Source: Trichosphaerium sp. ATCC 40318
Lineage: Eukaryota; Protista; Tubulinea
Assembly: GCA_038496445.1 (NCBI GenBank)
Contig: JALMLS010000354.1
Coordinates: 186,001-250,000 of the forward strand
Direction: 5' to 3'
DNA length: 64,000 nucleotides
Shown: piece after piece, positions 39,940 through 53,439 of the stretch
Layout of the letters: each line of letters begins with the position of its first letter
Numbering within the stretch: the stretch's first letter is position 1
Translations under genes and position numbers: made by a program
The notes under the pieces: model-generated
Seen by the model: the letters and a program-made list of their open reading frames with translations, nothing else
What the model was told of the DNA's origin: nothing
The model's database searches: none

Positions 39940-40833
39940 CTAATGCTTTTCGTACTTTTTGTCGTTGTAAATGGCATCAATGACGAAGTCATCTCCGAAT
40001 TCGTATACAAAGGATACGTTAAAAGCGAGGATAGCAATAGTACCAGTCCATTCACAAAAGGCACTGTAAAGCATAAAGTTTGGAACTCTTGCGATGCTAA
40101 CATAAATAAAGACAGCAAGGGCTATTGTCCCATAGGCTGCAGATACAGTCTTGATCATTTTCGATGCGTAAGGTACTGAAGTAGGCCATAGTCTTGCTGC
40201 TACAAGAATATTGTATGCCTGAAACGTAATGAAGAAAACTAAAGCGGCAGCTAAAAGAATATTATTTTTGAAAAGTTTTTCGCTTTGAACAGAACTTTAA
40301 CACGTGCCTGAGTGAACTGGATTATTTTCTTTGTCGCTGATAGAGCCTACCATTCCAAGTCCAATACATCCAAGAGTTACCATGTAGTAAGCGTAACGAT
40401 CTGTCACTCTAGCACCTACAAAACAAGTAAGCTATGAGGAAGAAATTTCTAAATAGTTGTACCTCCAAACATTGCCCTAGAATTTAATAAGGAGAGTACC
40501 AAGACCGAGTTTATATTCAATAGAACAGCACTAGATATCATAAAGAACCTATACAGCAGTTTTAACTCTTTGAGTTAACAAACAAAGCAAGACGAGCTGT
40601 ATGTACCTAGAAATATAACTTCCTGGGGCAATCTCGTAACACCAAGAAATCATAGGTAACCATGGTTTAACGTGTCCTACACAACGTTAGTTTTACAGTA
40701 GTATACTTTAAACAGCGTTTATTTACTTACCTTGGTAAATAGCTATACCATAGCATAAAAGGATACAAAAAGTAGCTGCGGTAGGACCAAGAATAGCAAT
40801 GTACTTTGCTTTGATTTGGGAAACCACTTGCAT
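39940..40833 (-). CDS. Frag1/DRAM/Sfk1 family membrane protein
   Basis: GHVKPWLPMIS, ENNPVHSGAALVFF, FCEWTGT; six hydrophobic segments after splicing. Confidence 0.85.
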
Positions 40834-41016
40834 TGTGTTGTTGGTGTATAAACTTTGTCCTGATTAAAAAATCACGTGACACATTTTTGGCAAAAAAGTT
40901 CAAAGCATCACGCTACCTACGAACCCTGGAGACACAACAACCTTCGAAGGTGCTAAATTAAGCGCGCTCAGTTAAGTTGTCAATAAACTGTTGCAATAAA
41001 GCGCCAACCTTCAAAA

Positions 41017-41920
41017 ATGGATGAGGTTATACCTGGTTTATTCCTTGGTGACTATTTAGACGCTAAAAACTACGATTTGTTAAAAAAACATGACATAACA
41101 CATATATTGCCTGTGGGATACGGATTAGAGCGAAAGTTTCCGTCTGTAGGTTGTTTTAAACAATAACAGCTCTAAATCTGACTAGGAGTTTGAATACTAC
41201 TCCAAGCGACTGGACGTGATAGATATGGACGAAGAGGACCTACTAAGTCATTTTGATTCATGTACATTGTTTTACGACAAACAATAGCGCTAAAAGCGAA
41301 AGTAGGCACAGAATGGATACATAACGGGTTAAATGGCGGTAAAGTTTTCGTTCACTGCGCTGCTGGTACCAAACTTATCTCAATGCGTAACATAACGCCT
41401 AAAAGGTATCTCACGCTCCAGCTCGATAGTCATTGCATACGTTATGAAACACAAACAACTAAAGTACAAACAAGCGCTTGAACTTGTTCGTAACAGACGC
41501 TCAATCATATGGCCTAACGATGGGTTTGCGAAACAACTAAATTTGTACAGCAGTTGGGGATGTCAGGTTGACATTAACTCAAAAGAGTACAAAACGTTCC
41601 AAAGAACAAACCAAAGCGCAAGAACAGGTACAACGCCATTTTCTTCCATTTTTTTGTTGAAAAATCAGCTCAATTGATGTTTGTTGTGTTCAAAGTCGAC
41701 AACGGTTTACCATATCACTTACAACACGGCGCACAACCAAATCAGAGTATCACCGACATTTTCAGTGGGAAAAAGTAACACGAACAGCCAGTAGGCGTCA
41801 TTTCTAAAAAGTTTTTTTTGTTGCAACTTTTTTTGACATTTTTGTTTTCTTTTAGCAATGCTTCGTGGTGAGGATTATGAACCTGAAGACTTGCTACAAG
41901 ATAACCCAAACCATAAATGA
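41017..41920 (+). CDS. Atypical dual-specificity protein phosphatase
   Basis: MDEVIPGLFLG, ITHIL, VFVHCAAG|ISRS (CX5R split by an intron), PNDGFAKQL. Confidence 0.93.
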
Positions 41921-42280
41921 TTCGTTGTAGGCTAACTACAATGATATCTGTACATACACAAGCATGTAAAAATAGTTTTCAAAAAGGAATCTTTGGCTTT
42001 ATTTTTTCTAACTCTGGAGGCTCTTGAAACCGAAGTTATGATACCAACGGCCGCAAAAAAGAGTGTACATGTTAGAGGAGAGTGCTGTTGTATGAAAATT
42101 TATTTTAATCAATCATTGCAGCGAATACACCGTTTTTCAATCTGTTGGGTGCATAACATATCTTGGGCGTCCGTGCGTTGGCTCGAATAACGCTGACGAA
42201 TAAAGAAGGCAGACAATCAAAGAAAAATCGTTCAGTAAATCATTTGTGAACATCATTTATTGCAACTTATTTTACTGACA

Positions 42281-43706
42281 ATGGAAGGTTGCCTGAAGAG
42301 TGATAACGCTATTTCTTCAAATACAAACGCAGCGGGAACAAAAACGTGCAAACTTGTCAAAAAGCGCGCAATAAATGTCCCAAAACCCCGCCAACGCAGC
42401 GTAATGAGTTGTACAACAAAGAAATGTTGCGATAGGTTTATTCCAAACAGAAAAACAACAAACATTGCACAATGCCATCACCGCCTTCGACAACAAGAGC
42501 GTGTCGATATAAAATTCGCCAACAAAACTGTAAACCAATACAATTACAATCAACACCTCTCATCTACCATTCTACGCGTAGAGCTACCAGGAATGCTTAA
42601 TTTCAGCCCTTCTAAACATCATACAACCAAATCCGTACACAAACGTTACATGCATAAAGAAACGCTACCACAGAAACCGTATGCCGTCCTAGATGCTCCT
42701 GGGGTCATTGATGATTTTTACTATTCAATCTTTGATGTAAGCAACACAAACGTACTCGCTGTAGCTTTAGGTGACCGATTGTACTTGTATAACGCCGCAT
42801 CAGATCAGAAAGTCACTGAACTAGAAACTGACAACTCAGAAATATGCTCTGTTAAATGGCAAGGAGGATTCTTGACAATGGGCAACGTGGATGGCGTAGT
42901 TAGTATTTGGGACGCGTGCATACAGAAAAAGTTAAGGTACAGTTTTCATCAAGAATTTTCGTTTTTGTTTCGTCTCCTCTGTCTCACACATTGTTGCTTC
43001 TAGGAGTTTTATTAATGAGTCTACATCTCGTGTTGGTGTTTGTTCTTGGGATAGTCATATGTTATCAACAGGTTCACGTGATGGTATTATTAGGAATTAC
43101 GATGTAAGAATTAAAGATGCCTTTGTTTCAACTTTTAAAGGACATTCTCGTGAAGTATGTGGTTTATCATGGTCGAACCATGGTGAATTGGCCTCTGGAG
43201 GTAATGATAATATAGTCAATATATGGGATAAGAGGTTAACAAGGCCTATACATCGGTTTGATGAACATGAAGGTGCCATTAAATCAGTTGATTGGTGTCC
43301 TTGGAAAAGAAAATTATTATTATCAGGTGGCGGTAATGGTAAGCATATATGTTGTTTTAATACATCCTGTGGTGACCTTGTAAGAAAAGTAGACACTGGA
43401 TCACAAGTATGTGGTGTTAAGTGGATAACAAAGACAAAACAGATTGTATCAGCTCACGGTTATGGTCACAACTGTTTGATACTTTGGCAGTATCCTTATA
43501 TGAAGAGAGTTTCAATGACTAAAAAGTGTGATGGACGTATATTACATTTAGCTTTAAGTTCAGATGAAAGAATGCTTGTATCTATATCAGCAAGTGAACG
43601 ATTGGATTTTTGGGATTTAACCAAAAATAGTATGGAAAAACAAAGAAAAAAAGAAAATGTTATTAAGCCTCTTCGAAAAGGATGTACTGTAACTAGTATA
43701 AGATGA
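42281..43706 (+). CDS. CDC20: APC/C co-activator CDC20/Fizzy family WD40 protein
   Basis: C-box DRFIPNR, VLDAPGVIDDFY, HSREVCGL, LASGGNDN, C-terminal IR tail; one intron. Confidence 0.9.
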
Positions 43707-44036
43707 AGGCCGCTCGACTTTCACTAAAAAATAAAATGTATTATTAGGATCCAAACAGTGATAAAGTCCGATCTTGCTCAATAGCAGTAAAACTATGTCA
43801 ACATTGGTAGGTGTCACGTGATTTGTTTGTTTACTTCTCAAAAAAGCTTATACTCGTGCTTTTCAGTCAATCCGAGTTGGCAAGTTAAAATACTACAACT
43901 TTATCAACAACACGCAAACGAGCCATGTTTATTCATCCATTGACAAGTTTCTTTTTGTGATGATTATTATTAAAAAATACAATTGTATCATGTTACAACA
44001 TGGTCAAACGAATACTATAGAAAGTATTACGAACGA

Positions 44037-45183
44037 TTAAGAAGTGATTTCAAGATCCATAGCATCAACTTGTTCCTGACGTTCTTTCATTTGACGTTCT
44101 ACTTTTTCTCTTAATTCGATAAGTTCTTTATTAGCTCTTTCAGTTTCTTCCTTCATAAAATAGAATGTCTCTTTACCATATTCCTTCTTATCAGAATAAC
44201 TACAACATGTCAATATTAACAAGCACCACAACAACGCCAAAAAGAGAGATTAGAAGACGCTTTGTACCTCTTAATGAAAGGATAATTGACACATTGATGT
44301 TCTGATCCACGTCCTGTAATTTTCCTTGATTCCTTCTCAACGTAAGTCGCTATAGTCCTAAACGAAAGGGATATTCTGGCATCATCTAATCCATCTATTT
44401 TTGGAATAGCATGACGATACTTGATATTTGTTTTAGGTCCTAAAAAAAGCCGTTAAATCTAGTACATCTCTAAATCGTAGAAAAAAAAAGAAAATAATGT
44501 TTTAAGGCGTACCGATTGCCAAAACCGATCCTGGTCGTAATAGTACTGTGTGGTTATGCTTTACATGTTCTGCTTGGAATAAAATAGGTCTAGGAGCTCC
44601 AAAAGAAACACTCAAGATAAGTGAGTCTTGTTGAAGATCAAGCAATTTATCTTTATGAAATCCTAAAGAATCTTCTCCATTTCTGTACAAAGTAACAACA
44701 CAATGATTAAACTCTTGTCCAAAGTGCTCTGATAAAGCATCTCTTACTTTAGCTACAGTAGGAGTCCAATTAGTTGTTCTGATATTCCGTTCGTTGCAAC
44801 CAGGCATTCTGTAAATAGCTGAGTTGTCTCCTGTCTTTGACGTCTGAGCGATAACCATCCGCGGTATCGGTTGCGCTTTTAATCCATCTTTTTTGGTGAA
44901 AAAGAACTAAAGTCGTTGTTAAGGTTCGTTTGATATCGTGTGTAGGTTTTATGCGCACCATCTGCTCGAATTCAGCTTCTTTAAGGATATTTAAAAATAT
45001 TTCTTCTTTTTGTGCTCTTGTTGAAAAGAACTCCGGCATATAGCTTGAGTCACCAACACCAAGAGAATCAACCGCTTTTTTGCCGTCGTAATATTGACCT
45101 TGCCTTGTTTTCTTAAAAGACCCTTTTGTTGATTCTACACGCATGCGTTTATTTTCTAGCCTTCTCTTTTGTGCGTTTGACAT
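44037..45183 (-). CDS. AlkB-like 2OG-Fe(II) dioxygenase
   Basis: FNHCVVTLYRNGEDSLGFHKD (HxD), SVSFGAPR, YRHAIPK, RISLSFR; coiled-coil C-terminus. Confidence 0.9.
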
Positions 45184-45815
45184 TGTTGTATTGCTATTAA
45201 TGGAGTTTGAAACAAGTATTTTGACTTAACCGCAAAGCGAAAAAAGTTCGTAAAATCAACGAATAACACAAATCCCTAAAGCAAGACTGTGATTGCTTTT
45301 GTACTTGGTAGAATACTAAAGAGCGTATCGAAGTATTAATTGGTACTTGCAATGAGATGTGATAAGCTGGTAGAGTACAAGACGTCAAGTTCTTTGTGAA
45401 ATGTGTTATCTGAATAAACAAGCTAGAGAAGATACCGGTGTGGTGCTTATTTTAACCACTTTGGTGTTCTAACTTTCATGTAATTATAAAGAGGTAGTAA
45501 AGTTTAAAAAAATTTATGCTGGAGTGACCAAATAAAGAACACAGAATAAAACAAGAATTACTTATATAATTAGTTTCAAAAAACAAAGTCGGAGTCAAAC
45601 TGAATCTCGCTTTTTTGCTATGGTAAGTGGAAATATGGATTCTGGTAGTGAACAAGATAGATATCTTCGGATTATTCTAATATCAAAACGAAACTTGAAA
45701 GTAAATAGAGGCTAACATTCAAACATTTTTAATAACTAATTTTACAGAATTTTTTTTCCCTTTTCCCTTTGGATACGAATTCTTGGATATCATCTCTTCG
45801 TATCCCTGACTGAAG

Positions 45816-47171
45816 TTATAATTGACCAGATGACGATGATGATTCTTCTGATGAAGGCTTCTTCCACCTCTGTATCAATTTACTTATACCATAAGACTTA
45901 TTCTTTGTTAAACTCTTTGAGACATCAATCCATTTTAATCCCAAACAAGTCTTTGCCGAAAGACGTTTCTTATACTCAGGGTTCAAAAGGTGGTTCAAAA
46001 AAGGTATGGAATCTTTAGGTAACTTAGTGTACTTCGCACTCAACTCTTCCCAGTCGAAACCGCCATCCTCAGCGACTTGCTTGAGGTTCTTCTTGAACTT
46101 TGGCAAGTCCTTTGAATGACGTACTTTGAAAGGATATTTTTTTGTTAAGAGAACAAAGGTTACAATGCCGAGACTCCAAATGTCGAATGTTTCATTCCAT
46201 TTCTTCTCAATAAAACACTCTGGCGGTATAAACTCAGGTGTACCATTTAGCGGTACTATACCCTTCTCCGCATCTGCTATTTTACAGCAATATCCAAAAT
46301 CTGCTATTTTGATCTTTTTGTCGTAACCAACTAAAAGGTTGCCAAGTTTGATGTCTAACTATGATCAGTATGCGCCGTTTTTCGCGGAGTTGTAAAGGAA
46401 AAAAGATAAAAGAGATAATAAAGAAACAACACGTGATTACAATACATCACGTGCAGCGGAGACGAAGTGTTTTCTACTTCTAATAACTCGTAAAAATGAT
46501 TTATCTTTTTTTTTTTCAGGTCTTAAGAAAGCTTATTTTACCTCCGTGTATGTAACCCTCAGAGTGAATGTATATCAACCCACGAAGAATCTGTCGAATA
46601 ATAGACTGACAAAGAATTTTATCCATCAAGTAAAGTTGAGCTTCAACCATATCATGTAAGTTACCAGCGGCAGCTTCGAAAACCAATACAGGACAACCTA
46701 AAAAAAACTGTTTAAGACTTTTTTGACACATAGCTATTTAAAGTCACATGCAGCACTTGACGGTTACAATAATCATTAATTGATTAAAACAGTTTATTCA
46801 AAAATGTAAATAATAAAACAGCTACAACGCCAGAAAACCAAAAAAAAACCGTTTTGAATCACGTGATAAAAAAATAAAAAAAAAAGGCTGTTGGAAAGGT
46901 TCGTCGTACCATCAAAATGGTGAATTGTTAGAAGAGACACTAGGTATTCGTTCGACCTCGCTTTTAAAAACCCAATCTCATTTTCAATCACTTCACTGTG
47001 TTTTTCCATCGCTCTCTTCTTTATACACTTAAGAGCAACACGTCTATGTGGTTTTGCACGTTCTTTCGCCTTGTATACAATTGCTGTGCTTCCAGAACCA
47101 AGAACACGGCTTATCTTGTATTCTGCATCAATGTCTGTTTTGTATAGAGGCCATGGCGTATTCTTTGACAT
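45816..47171 (-). CDS. Ser/Thr protein kinase (CAMK-like, non-RD)
   Basis: LGSGSTAIV, VALK, IHG|DIKLGN, IADFG, GTPEFIPPE, DIWSLG, KRLSAK. Confidence 0.9.
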
Positions 47172-47740
47172 TTTTGGAGTATTTAACTTCCTGTGCTTGT
47201 TCGTCCAAGTTTTTTACAATAAATGAAATTAAAATGCGCGTGGTTCACAATGTCCCACACCGAAAGCTATTGAATATAACGCCATAAATTACTCTAGGAG
47301 GTTATGTGAATCCTCTGGCTAGCGGGTAATAAGAATTAGTAGCGCTAGGGGAGATTTTATTGACTTTGTTGAGTGATTTTTTCGTTCTGAGTCTAGCCAA
47401 AAACTATTTGACCGCGTTTTGTGAAAACAAACTCTACATGTGCTAGTAGCATTTACTTGCGCTCTAAGGAGCCTCTCGACATAGTTAGGAACCTTTCCAC
47501 GCTACTCCGATTTATGGGATATTAATACACTAATTACTGCGTTGAGCAAAACTGTCAGAGCTCTCTGGCTGTTAGTAGCCGTTTTTGGTCTTCGAAAAAG
47601 GATGCCTTTTGACTGTAACTAATTTTACCTCCTAGACTAATTAATAGTTTAGACACTTGGGTATTCTACAAATAAGTTATTTGTATTGAAGCGGGTTACA
47701 ACGTATTCTATTCTACAGTGTTTTGAAATCCTTTTTTTTT

Positions 47741-48897
47741 TTACTTGTACAAAGATGTGATGAATTTATCGAATCTACCCTCCTACGAACGTTTAGTACT
47801 CACTCAACGAAATAAAGCGTACCTTTTCATCACTAAGGAGCACATCACAATTCGCAAAGTCGTCATCATCCACTAATTTTTCAGTGTCATTGTCGTCTTT
47901 ATCTTTTTTTTTCTTTCTGTTTTTCTTCTTCTTCGTTTTTTTACCAGAACTATCTTCTTTTGACGGTAGCTCATCCAAACTAATACGAACAAAAAAATTA
48001 ACTAACAAAACCCAAAAATATCACGTGATATTGCGTACGTCGATCTGAGAATGTGAAAATAAGGATTTTTTGTTGGTTTCCAAAAACAAATCTGAAGTGT
48101 CCATTTTCTAGGGAACCTCGCAAAGTTAGGTGACTTTGATCCATCTGGACCTTTCCCGAATGTTCTCGCTACAAGAGTAACTAAAAAACCCTTCTGAGAA
48201 CCTTCCTTTAACGAAAGATTCTTTAAATACTTTGCACAGTTCTTATGGTTGCTCTCAGAACCTTTCTTACTGTCGTATGTATCAAGTAATCCATTAAAAA
48301 TATCAGTTAAATCATCCTCTGATAGAATAGAATCAACCCTTGACTTTACGGATGAGTTATCCATATCTATCTTTGATAGTTGTTCAAGCAACTGTTCTGG
48401 TTTTGAAAATCTCGATCTACCAAGGTAATCAAGATCCAGCCAATAAGTAGGCGCGGTATCACCATAGAACGATAGAGCTGTTTCGATGTACTCTAGATAT
48501 GCATTTTTTATATGTCCAGAGGTATTTGGAAGTAGCTTCTGTGCATAAAAGAACAAGTAATTCTCAACGGTAAACTCAATTAATTCCGACGGAACTTTAT
48601 CAAGGTCAACCCAAGTATAACGCCTTGTTGCTCTGATACCATCACCAATATACTCTTTTTGTACTTGCTTACCTCTACAAATTATTTAAAAAAGAGTGAC
48701 AACGAATAGCGATAAACACGTTTTCAAAATCACGTGATTTCCAAAAAAAAAAAAAACCAAAAAGAACATTACCTCATTTCTGATATTCTTAGATGTCTTA
48801 CGGCCTGGTATACGCCATCTCTCTTCTCAAAGTACCATTTTAATAACATAAATTCATGCTTTGTTGGCACGTGTTTACTATGGTCGTAAGGGTCCAT
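47741..48897 (-). CDS. Hypothetical protein, multi-exon
   Basis: MDPYDHSKH start, long exon 48115-48675, Lys/Asp-rich exon, final exon EGRFDKFITSLYK*. Confidence 0.6.
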
Positions 48898-48954
48898 ATT
48901 TTTGATTTGAGGGTTTCGAATAAGCCTTGCTTCTATTTCAAAAAAAGTTGACAC

Positions 48955-49621
48955 TCATTTACAACGGGAACGAGAGTAAAAAAAAAACCAAAAGCTTTTT
49001 GTTTATAAGACACAAACTTGAAGCTATTAAAAAGCGTACCAAAGTGTTCAACAGATATGGGATCACCTGGTTTCGCCAATTTAAACTTCAATAAATACCC
49101 TGACGATAAGCCCTACAATTTTTAACACTTTGAGTAAAAACGTGTTTTTTGAAAAAAAAAATCAAAAAAAAAAAAATCAAAAAAAACCTCAACAAACCTG
49201 TGTTAAATTATGCCAACGCGCTTCATGACGTAAAGAAGGTATCCTCTATAAACGAAAATTATTATTATTTCGATAAAATTAGGATTTAGGTAAATTAGAT
49301 ACTTACACTTCTTGCTCTATTCATTGCTAAACAACATGGTACAAAGCACGTGCACATACTGATAAGACAAGTAATTAAAAGTTTCCCTGTTGTCATCTCT
49401 CCCTTTTGAGACAACTTGGTCATTGTTTTCCATGTCCTCTGCCATGCTTGTTTATCTACACTGTCTTCGTTCCATCCAGAAGGGAACGAGGCATCAAAAC
49501 GGTTGTTGGCCTTTCTAACGATGACAACTGATCCATTGGCATCATCGACGCCATTGTTCGTTGTCAAGAGCATTTCAGAAGAGTTGTTGCGGTTTAATCG
49601 AGACTTTTTGAAGATGGACAT
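48955..49621 (-). CDS. ERF4/Golgin A7/CHIC-like cysteine-rich hydrophobic protein
   Basis: NRFDASFP...CLISMCTCFVPCC pattern; three or more exons; 3' end uncertain. Confidence 0.5.
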
Positions 49622-49802
49622 TTACCGTTTTTTTTTTCTGAAATGTTCTCGCCAAGTCGACCACCTTTTCGCGATATGGCACCAAAAGATTAATACTGTG
49701 AATACATTGTTGCTGTGAATGTGATCGCAAGAAGATCTTTGGTGTTATGGTCAACGCTGGTGTTTTTGCATTTTATCAAATTATAACAATTAAACGGCAA
49801 CA

Positions 49803-51407
49803 ATGGCAGAAAGCAACTCGTCAATGCAATCCTCAATGTTTTTACCAACGTTCCTACAGGTACAAAGGCGTTTTAGACTATAACTGTTAAAAATACATTA
49901 AAGCAACTTGCCAATCCTGAAGTTAAGACGGTAATGATCGCTGGGTGCGGTGGTGGCTTTGATTTCGTACATGGTACCGGTTTTGCCTCAACTACTTTCT
50001 AACTCCGTTAAAGGTATGCTGTTGTATCCGGAACTCAAACGACTCAACAAAAAGGTATGAAACAAGGCGTACAAGCTGTTAACACAGTCATAAAAATTCA
50101 GTGAATATTTTGTCAATTGCAACTAATTTCCTCAAAAAAGTTTTTTGTTTGTCACTCGCTCACCCTCCTCTGATTAGATTATTATTGGAAGTTTTTCTTT
50201 TGGTAAACCTGAGAATTATAAGGACGCTGAAACTTATCATACTTTCGAAAGTGGGGTCGTTGTTAAGAAAGGTAACACTCCAAAAGAAAAAGAATTGGCA
50301 ACTTACCATTTTTTTTTTTAGTTTGTGCCGAAAACACTGGCGCATTTTTTTATGCTCCTGAAGGTTCGTTATTGTATGGATTTACCCTATTGATACTCAC
50401 GTAATTTGAAGTACATATGTGCGATTATTTGGATGAAAAGTATCCAGAAGAGGAACCGCATAGCGTATATGCGTACTATGCAAGATCTTACACTGTAAAA
50501 ATGTTAAAGGAATTATACGAGAAAATTATAAAGGAGAACAATGTTGATGGTCTCATAATCATTGATGGTGGTAGTGGTAAGTTATATCATACCCTACAAT
50601 ACATATATACATTTTACTAACAGTATTTTAGATTCCCTTATGATTGGTGATGAGGAGGTGCGATACCTCGGCACCTTTTTTGTTACACGTTTTGTTTTTG
50701 CTAATAAACAACTTTTAGGGACTTGGTGATCCAATAGAAGATTGTGTATCAGTTACCACTGCTTCATTATTGGAAGGGCTAAAAGCCAAGATGTTATTGA
50801 GCGTTGGATTCGGCGCTGATAGATTCAATGGTGTTTCTGGTAATTTTCCTATTTTTTTGTATGTTTTATTTGAATGTAACTAACTATACTCTTAGACTGC
50901 GCATCTCTTCGTGCTGTGGCTGATCTGACATCAAAAGGTGGTTTCTTGGGTAGTATTAGTATTGAACAATCTAATCCAGGTTACACATTCTATCGTGACT
51001 GCGTCAAACACATTTACTCCAAGCAAACATTCAAGTCTGTATTAACAGGGTAAGTGTACAATTATCTGAATACTATCATTCTCTAATTCGTTGTTAGGTT
51101 AATTCTTACATCAGCTAGAGGATGTTACGGGTCTGATATTGTTCCTGAGGAACTACAGCCACGTGTGAAGAAGGGATCGGCATTTATTTGGCCGCTCATG
51201 GCGTTCATTTGGGGATTCGATATTCAAAAAGTTACAGATCGTAGCTTGGTTAGCAGTTGGATTAAGGACTGTAATACTGTTGGTGAATGTTATACAGAGC
51301 TTAAGAAGGGTAGAAAAGATTTAGAAGCTGTCGGCAAATTAAGAGGTGTTGAGAATTTGCCTAGTCAAAGATCAATGGATAGTGCTACCAATGTTTTTTG
51401 CGGATAA
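49803..51407 (+). CDS. DUF1152 family protein
   Basis: IAGCGGGFDF, IDGGSDSLMIGDEEGLGDPIED, GFGADRFNGV, FIWPLM; many introns. Confidence 0.85.
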
Positions 51408-52126
51408 AACAAATAGTAAATCCCGAAGAACAAACTTCAATTCTTTTGACTTTATGTGTACCAACGTGATGTTAATAAAACAATACTTATGTTAAGTATA
51501 TCACTTGTTAGAGGCAATTTTACAACACATCATCTTCAGTCAATGGTATGTATGGTACCAGGAAGCGTTGGTTCTATAAGTACTGCCGGCTGATTTTAGA
51601 ATTTAACAAAATGGTTCTTGTTTGAGACAACTGCGTTTGAAGAACAGGTACTGCATATTTTTGAGTATTTAAATGGAAGGCTGAAGTGCCAAATGAACGG
51701 TCACTTTTAACTAAATACCGACATATGGTTTTAGTAGCAGTGTTTGTTTTTCGGCTTGTTTGCAAAGAAAACTCACACAGTTTTTAGCTTTCTTACCTCT
51801 CACTCACAACGGCTCCTGCAAAGCGTACAAATAATCAAACTTGGCTCCCCAAGTACGCAAAGTCAGTACATGTCATATACACGCGTCACGTTTTCACTCA
51901 CTTGATATTCGTGGCTTCTTTGTTATTGTTCTGTGAAGCTCCACGAGCTCACTTTCCTTATTCGCTGTTTTTGAAGTTGATTTTTGTAAACTGCGTATGG
52001 GTGTCAGGGAAATTCACGTGCTGGGGTACCAGTAGGTTTTGGTGTCTGTTGACATTATTTAAAAATAAACGGTCACGTATTAAACAGCATAAACAAAGGA
52101 ATCTGAGTATATTAGGTTTCAGACTT

Positions 52127-52942
52127 TCAAGTACACCCATTGATGTTACATTTGTTTGAGCAAATCTTCTTTGTGCAGGCACTTCTCTCCGTTACAACTG
52201 TAGATTTAATAGTTCCAGGTAAGGTGTATGTCTTGCCGCAGCTTCTGACAGTCATCTTTACAGGTACTTCGTAAATACTGCCCTTTGCTTCAAGGTATCC
52301 CATCTCGTCGTGTTTTCTGCCTCCAGCAGCAATTGTACATGTTTCAGATACAGTTACTGATGTCTCTGTTGAGTGGCTGCCTCCTCTCGTGTAAGTATTG
52401 GATAACTTAACCTTCATGCCTTCAATAAACACACTTGCGTCGATTTCAAGTTCAGTAGTTCCGCTACAACAAAATTAGAACCATGTCTCCAAAAAAAAAC
52501 GGTACGGGGCACAAAATCCAAAAGCTTTCAAAAAAATCACGTGCCTGTCAGACCATGAGACTGTGGTTGTTTGAGTATACCCAAAAGTAGATTCTACAGA
52601 GCACGTTTGGCCCAACGTGCAGCAAGCGGTATGTTTGAGGTCATGTGCGGCGATTGGTTTTGGAGAACCAGCGTTTGCGATACTAACAACGTAATGCTTA
52701 TTGTCGGTACAATAACACGAGTTTGGAGCGTCACAGTGATCGTGGTCGTGTTGGAAGGTGCCTTTACAAGCCCAAGCTGATTCATTAGATCCAGGACAGC
52801 ACCAAGCGTTGAAATCATCGTGACAGCAGCGTCCTTTGCACTGCATATGAGAGAAATCGCTTCCGCAGTAATGAGTGCCTCCACAATTGTCTGATACGAC
52901 GACAGCGATTAGAAGAGCTAATATGGCGACCTGTGCTTTCAT
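52127..52942 (-). CDS. Secreted Cys-rich protein with aerolysin/ETX-MTX2-like beta-stem, copy A (244 aa)
   Basis: Signal MKAQVAILALLIAVVVS; Cys-rich head; alternating S/T strands flanking an amphipathic hairpin; GC-AG intron 52464-52544. Confidence 0.7.
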
Positions 52943-53439
52943 TGTTGTTGATTTTATGTGTATTAAGTTACAAGCGAGCTGAAGAGAACCACAATACACA
53001 TTTGAGGCGTCTACTCTGTTACAAATAAGATCCTCCCTTTTGATTCTTTTGCGAATTCGCGAAGGAAAACTCGTACTCCAATACTTCACGGGTTTTTTGT
53101 AGTTACCACAAAGCTGTACAATAGGCACAAGCTTATCTGTGAGTATTTAACATCTATCATTAGTGGTACACAAATTTAGCTTCGTAAACCACTATGGGAG
53201 TAGGAAAGGTGGCTTTCTAGAAACACTCGTTTTGTTCATCACGTGGCGTTTACTCTTTGCCAACCGGTTTTCTGTTTCCAGCTCACATATTATGAGACCT
53301 CACACGTAATGGTGATTGTGTTATCAAGTTACCCAAGAAGCTGAGAAAGGCAACGAAAAAAAGTGGCACATACAACAGAGTATAGCAGGCAGAGGTTGTA
53401 CAAAAAAAATGAAAGTGGGCTGTAAACAATTATTTAGTT

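Noticed and set aside
39868-40179. Plus-strand 103-aa ORF with a signal-like segment
   Set aside because: It lies antisense to the last exon of the DRAM/Frag1 gene and has no ATG start.
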